64,000 nt of DNA from Gammaproteobacteria bacterium (lineage in GTDB: Bacteria; Pseudomonadota; Gammaproteobacteria; UBA4575). The position numbers and the translations under genes were made by a program. The notes under the pieces were generated by a model. That model saw nothing but the letters and a program-made list of their open reading frames with translations. It was not told the DNA's origin and made no database searches. Shown piece after piece: positions 62,537 through 64,000 of this stretch (position 1 is its first letter; each line of letters opens with the position of its first letter). Where the stretch lies: contig OY730298.1 of NCBI GenBank assembly GCA_963422595.1, positions 90,512-154,511 on the forward strand, given 5' to 3'.

Positions 62537-63505
62537 ATGCCCCTAAACGTTGCCATTATAGGACCTGGTCGAAGTAAACAGGGGACTGGCCCTTATATTG
62601 CGAGAACCTTACACCAACTGGGCGCAAGTATTAAAGGCGTAGTGAGCAGTTCACTGGCATCCGCAAGGCTTGCTTCACGACAACTAAAAAACGACTTTGG
62701 GTTCGATTGCCAGGCTTATGCCGACCTGGATAAACTACTCGAAAAGCACTGCATTGACGTTATAGCCATCTGTAGTCCTTACGATTCGCATCAACAATAT
62801 TTGTATTCCGCAATTCAGGCAGGTTGTCACGTGTTTTGTGAGAAGCCTCTTTGGTGGCCATCTGCCACCGTGACTTCCGAGGTTAACGTACAATATATCA
62901 CTGCCGAAGCTGCAAAATTGGCAGGTCTCTGCAAAACCAACAACGTGGTTTTACAACTCAACGTGCAATGGCCTTTTACCCTGCCCGCTTATTACCAGAT
63001 TTACCCTCAGCACCGACCAGATACTGCCTCCATCAAGACGTTCGCAATGTGGTTATCCCCACAAAGCACGGGCCGGAATATGATTATTGATGCCGCACCA
63101 CATCTGTTGAGTATGCTTTACGCCTTGCTTGGTTCTGGCCGTATTCAGAATATTATATCCGGTTATCGGTCAAACAAACTAAACGCTGTACTTGAAATTG
63201 AGTTCGATTATCTACATGCTGCCGGAGATAGTAAAATTTTCCTTGCATTGAACTCCACAAGTATTATTCCTAAGCCCGCTGCCTATGCCATTAACGGTGG
63301 ACGCGTGGAGAGACGTGTTGAACTCCCGAATTACCTGATAGTATTACACGCGCCAGATAAGCGATTACCCATAGCGGATCCTTTGGTATGCTCTATTAAG
63401 AATTTCTTATGTTCAATCCAGGCTAAATCATCATCTGATGAAAACGCATTGATCGACGGGATGATGCATTTGGCGCAAATTTATAACGCTGTGAAAATAA
63501 ATTAA
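62537..63505 (+). CDS. Gfo/Idh/MocA-like NAD(P)-dependent oxidoreductase
   Basis: 'MPLNVAIIGPGRSKQG...' is an N-terminal Rossmann start typical of the family. The start was trimmed to leave room for the divergent thiC leader. Confidence 0.45.
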   Translation: MPLNVAIIGPGRSKQGTGPYIARTLHQLGASIKGVVSSSLASARLASRQLKNDFGFDCQAYADLDKLLEKHCIDVIAICSPYDSHQQYLYSAIQAGCHVFCEKPLWWPSATVTSEVNVQYITAEAAKLAGLCKTNNVVLQLNVQWPFTLPAYYQIYPQHRPDTASIKTFAMWLSPQSTGRNMIIDAAPHLLSMLYALLGSGRIQNIISGYRSNKLNAVLEIEFDYLHAAGDSKIFLALNSTSIIPKPAAYAINGGRVERRVELPNYLIVLHAPDKRLPIADPLVCSIKNFLCSIQAKSSSDENALIDGMMHLAQIYNAVKIN

Positions 63506-63509
63506 TAGC

Positions 63510-64000
63510 ATGGAAAAAATACATTCCGAAGGCGGTGAGGTATTAATACAGGTCTCGCCTCTTATTGATTTTACCAAACACGAATCAGCGGTGGACAAGA
63601 GCGCGTCAACAGTTCCACTGCACGTAAAATCATTTGTCCACGAGGTAAAAAAACAGACTGAACTCTCGCCCTTGCACGATTTTATGGGGAAGCTGCGTCA
63701 GCCCGCAGCGCTGGAAAACCTGAAAGCGTATGTGCGCTGGCAAACGCAGTGGCGCAACGGCTACGCGGCGAACTCTGTGACCATTGAAGAGGCCTTGGAA
63801 AAAGCACCAACGAATGCCCCCGTCTCTATCAATTTAGACGTTACTACGGCCTGCAATTATCGCTGTGATCATTGCGTGGATATGGATATCCTGAATAAAA
63901 ACATCAACTATGAGCACCAGCTATTAAAAGATTCGCTGGAATATCTGGCGAATCATGGCCTGCGTTCGGTGATTATTATAGGTGGGGGCGAACCCACTGC
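63510..64000 (+). CDS. Radical SAM domain protein (partial, runs off window end)
   Basis: 'INLDVTTACNYRCDHCVDMD' is CxxxCxxC, followed by the 'IIIGGGEP' glycine-rich SAM motif. The ORF is open to the end of the window. Confidence 0.6.
   Translation, partial: MEKIHSEGGEVLIQVSPLIDFTKHESAVDKSASTVPLHVKSFVHEVKKQTELSPLHDFMGKLRQPAALENLKAYVRWQTQWRNGYAANSVTIEEALEKAPTNAPVSINLDVTTACNYRCDHCVDMDILNKNINYEHQLLKDSLEYLANHGLRSVIIIGGGEPT

Overview
This 64 kb window looks like chromosome from a gammaproteobacterium-like genome. The backbone is roughly high-40s % GC by eye and carries ordinary housekeeping genes: yicC, rph, rdgB, hemW and rpmE; hemH; htpG; the rpsP-rimM-trmD-rplS operon with ffh; msrA; pdxH; ptrB; rnd; metY; and thiC. 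Four accessory insertions interrupt it. (1) A small AT-rich restriction-modification cassette at about 6.4-8.0 kb has an intact beta-class DNA methyltransferase and an apparently frameshifted endonuclease. (2) A visibly GC-richer glycan-biosynthesis island of about 25 kb (about 10.3-35.7 kb) lies between hemH/an HNH nuclease and htpG. It encodes a WecA-like initiating transferase, GT4 and GT2 glycosyltransferases, a tandem-duplicated sugar nucleotidyltransferase, a GtrA/GtrB-like pair, a TylF-like O-methyltransferase, a membrane-anchored uridine-kinase/PRK-like kinase, a HAD phosphatase, a class II aldolase, GT-C-like membrane proteins, and Wzx, Wzy and Wzz. Its centrepiece is a giant Wzy_C (O-antigen-ligase/O-oligosaccharyltransferase-type) membrane protein of about 1,940 aa if its frameshift is read through. 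About 1,450 aa of plant-receptor-like LRR modules are inserted into its periplasmic loop, the gene contains a 97-98% identical internal tandem duplication, and it is interrupted by a homopolymer frameshift. A 22-nt poly-C tract sits at the island entrance. (3) GC-rich mobile-element remnants (an integrase fragment with an orphan N6A methylase; a truncated Dam with an unknown 355-aa protein) flank metY. (4) Small non-coding curiosities include a cluster of three DnaA boxes upstream of rpmE, an 11-bp tandem repeat upstream of rpsP, and a probable TPP riboswitch upstream of thiC. Coordinates follow the supplied ORF track. Where I shortened an ORF to a better-supported start, I say so in the evidence.
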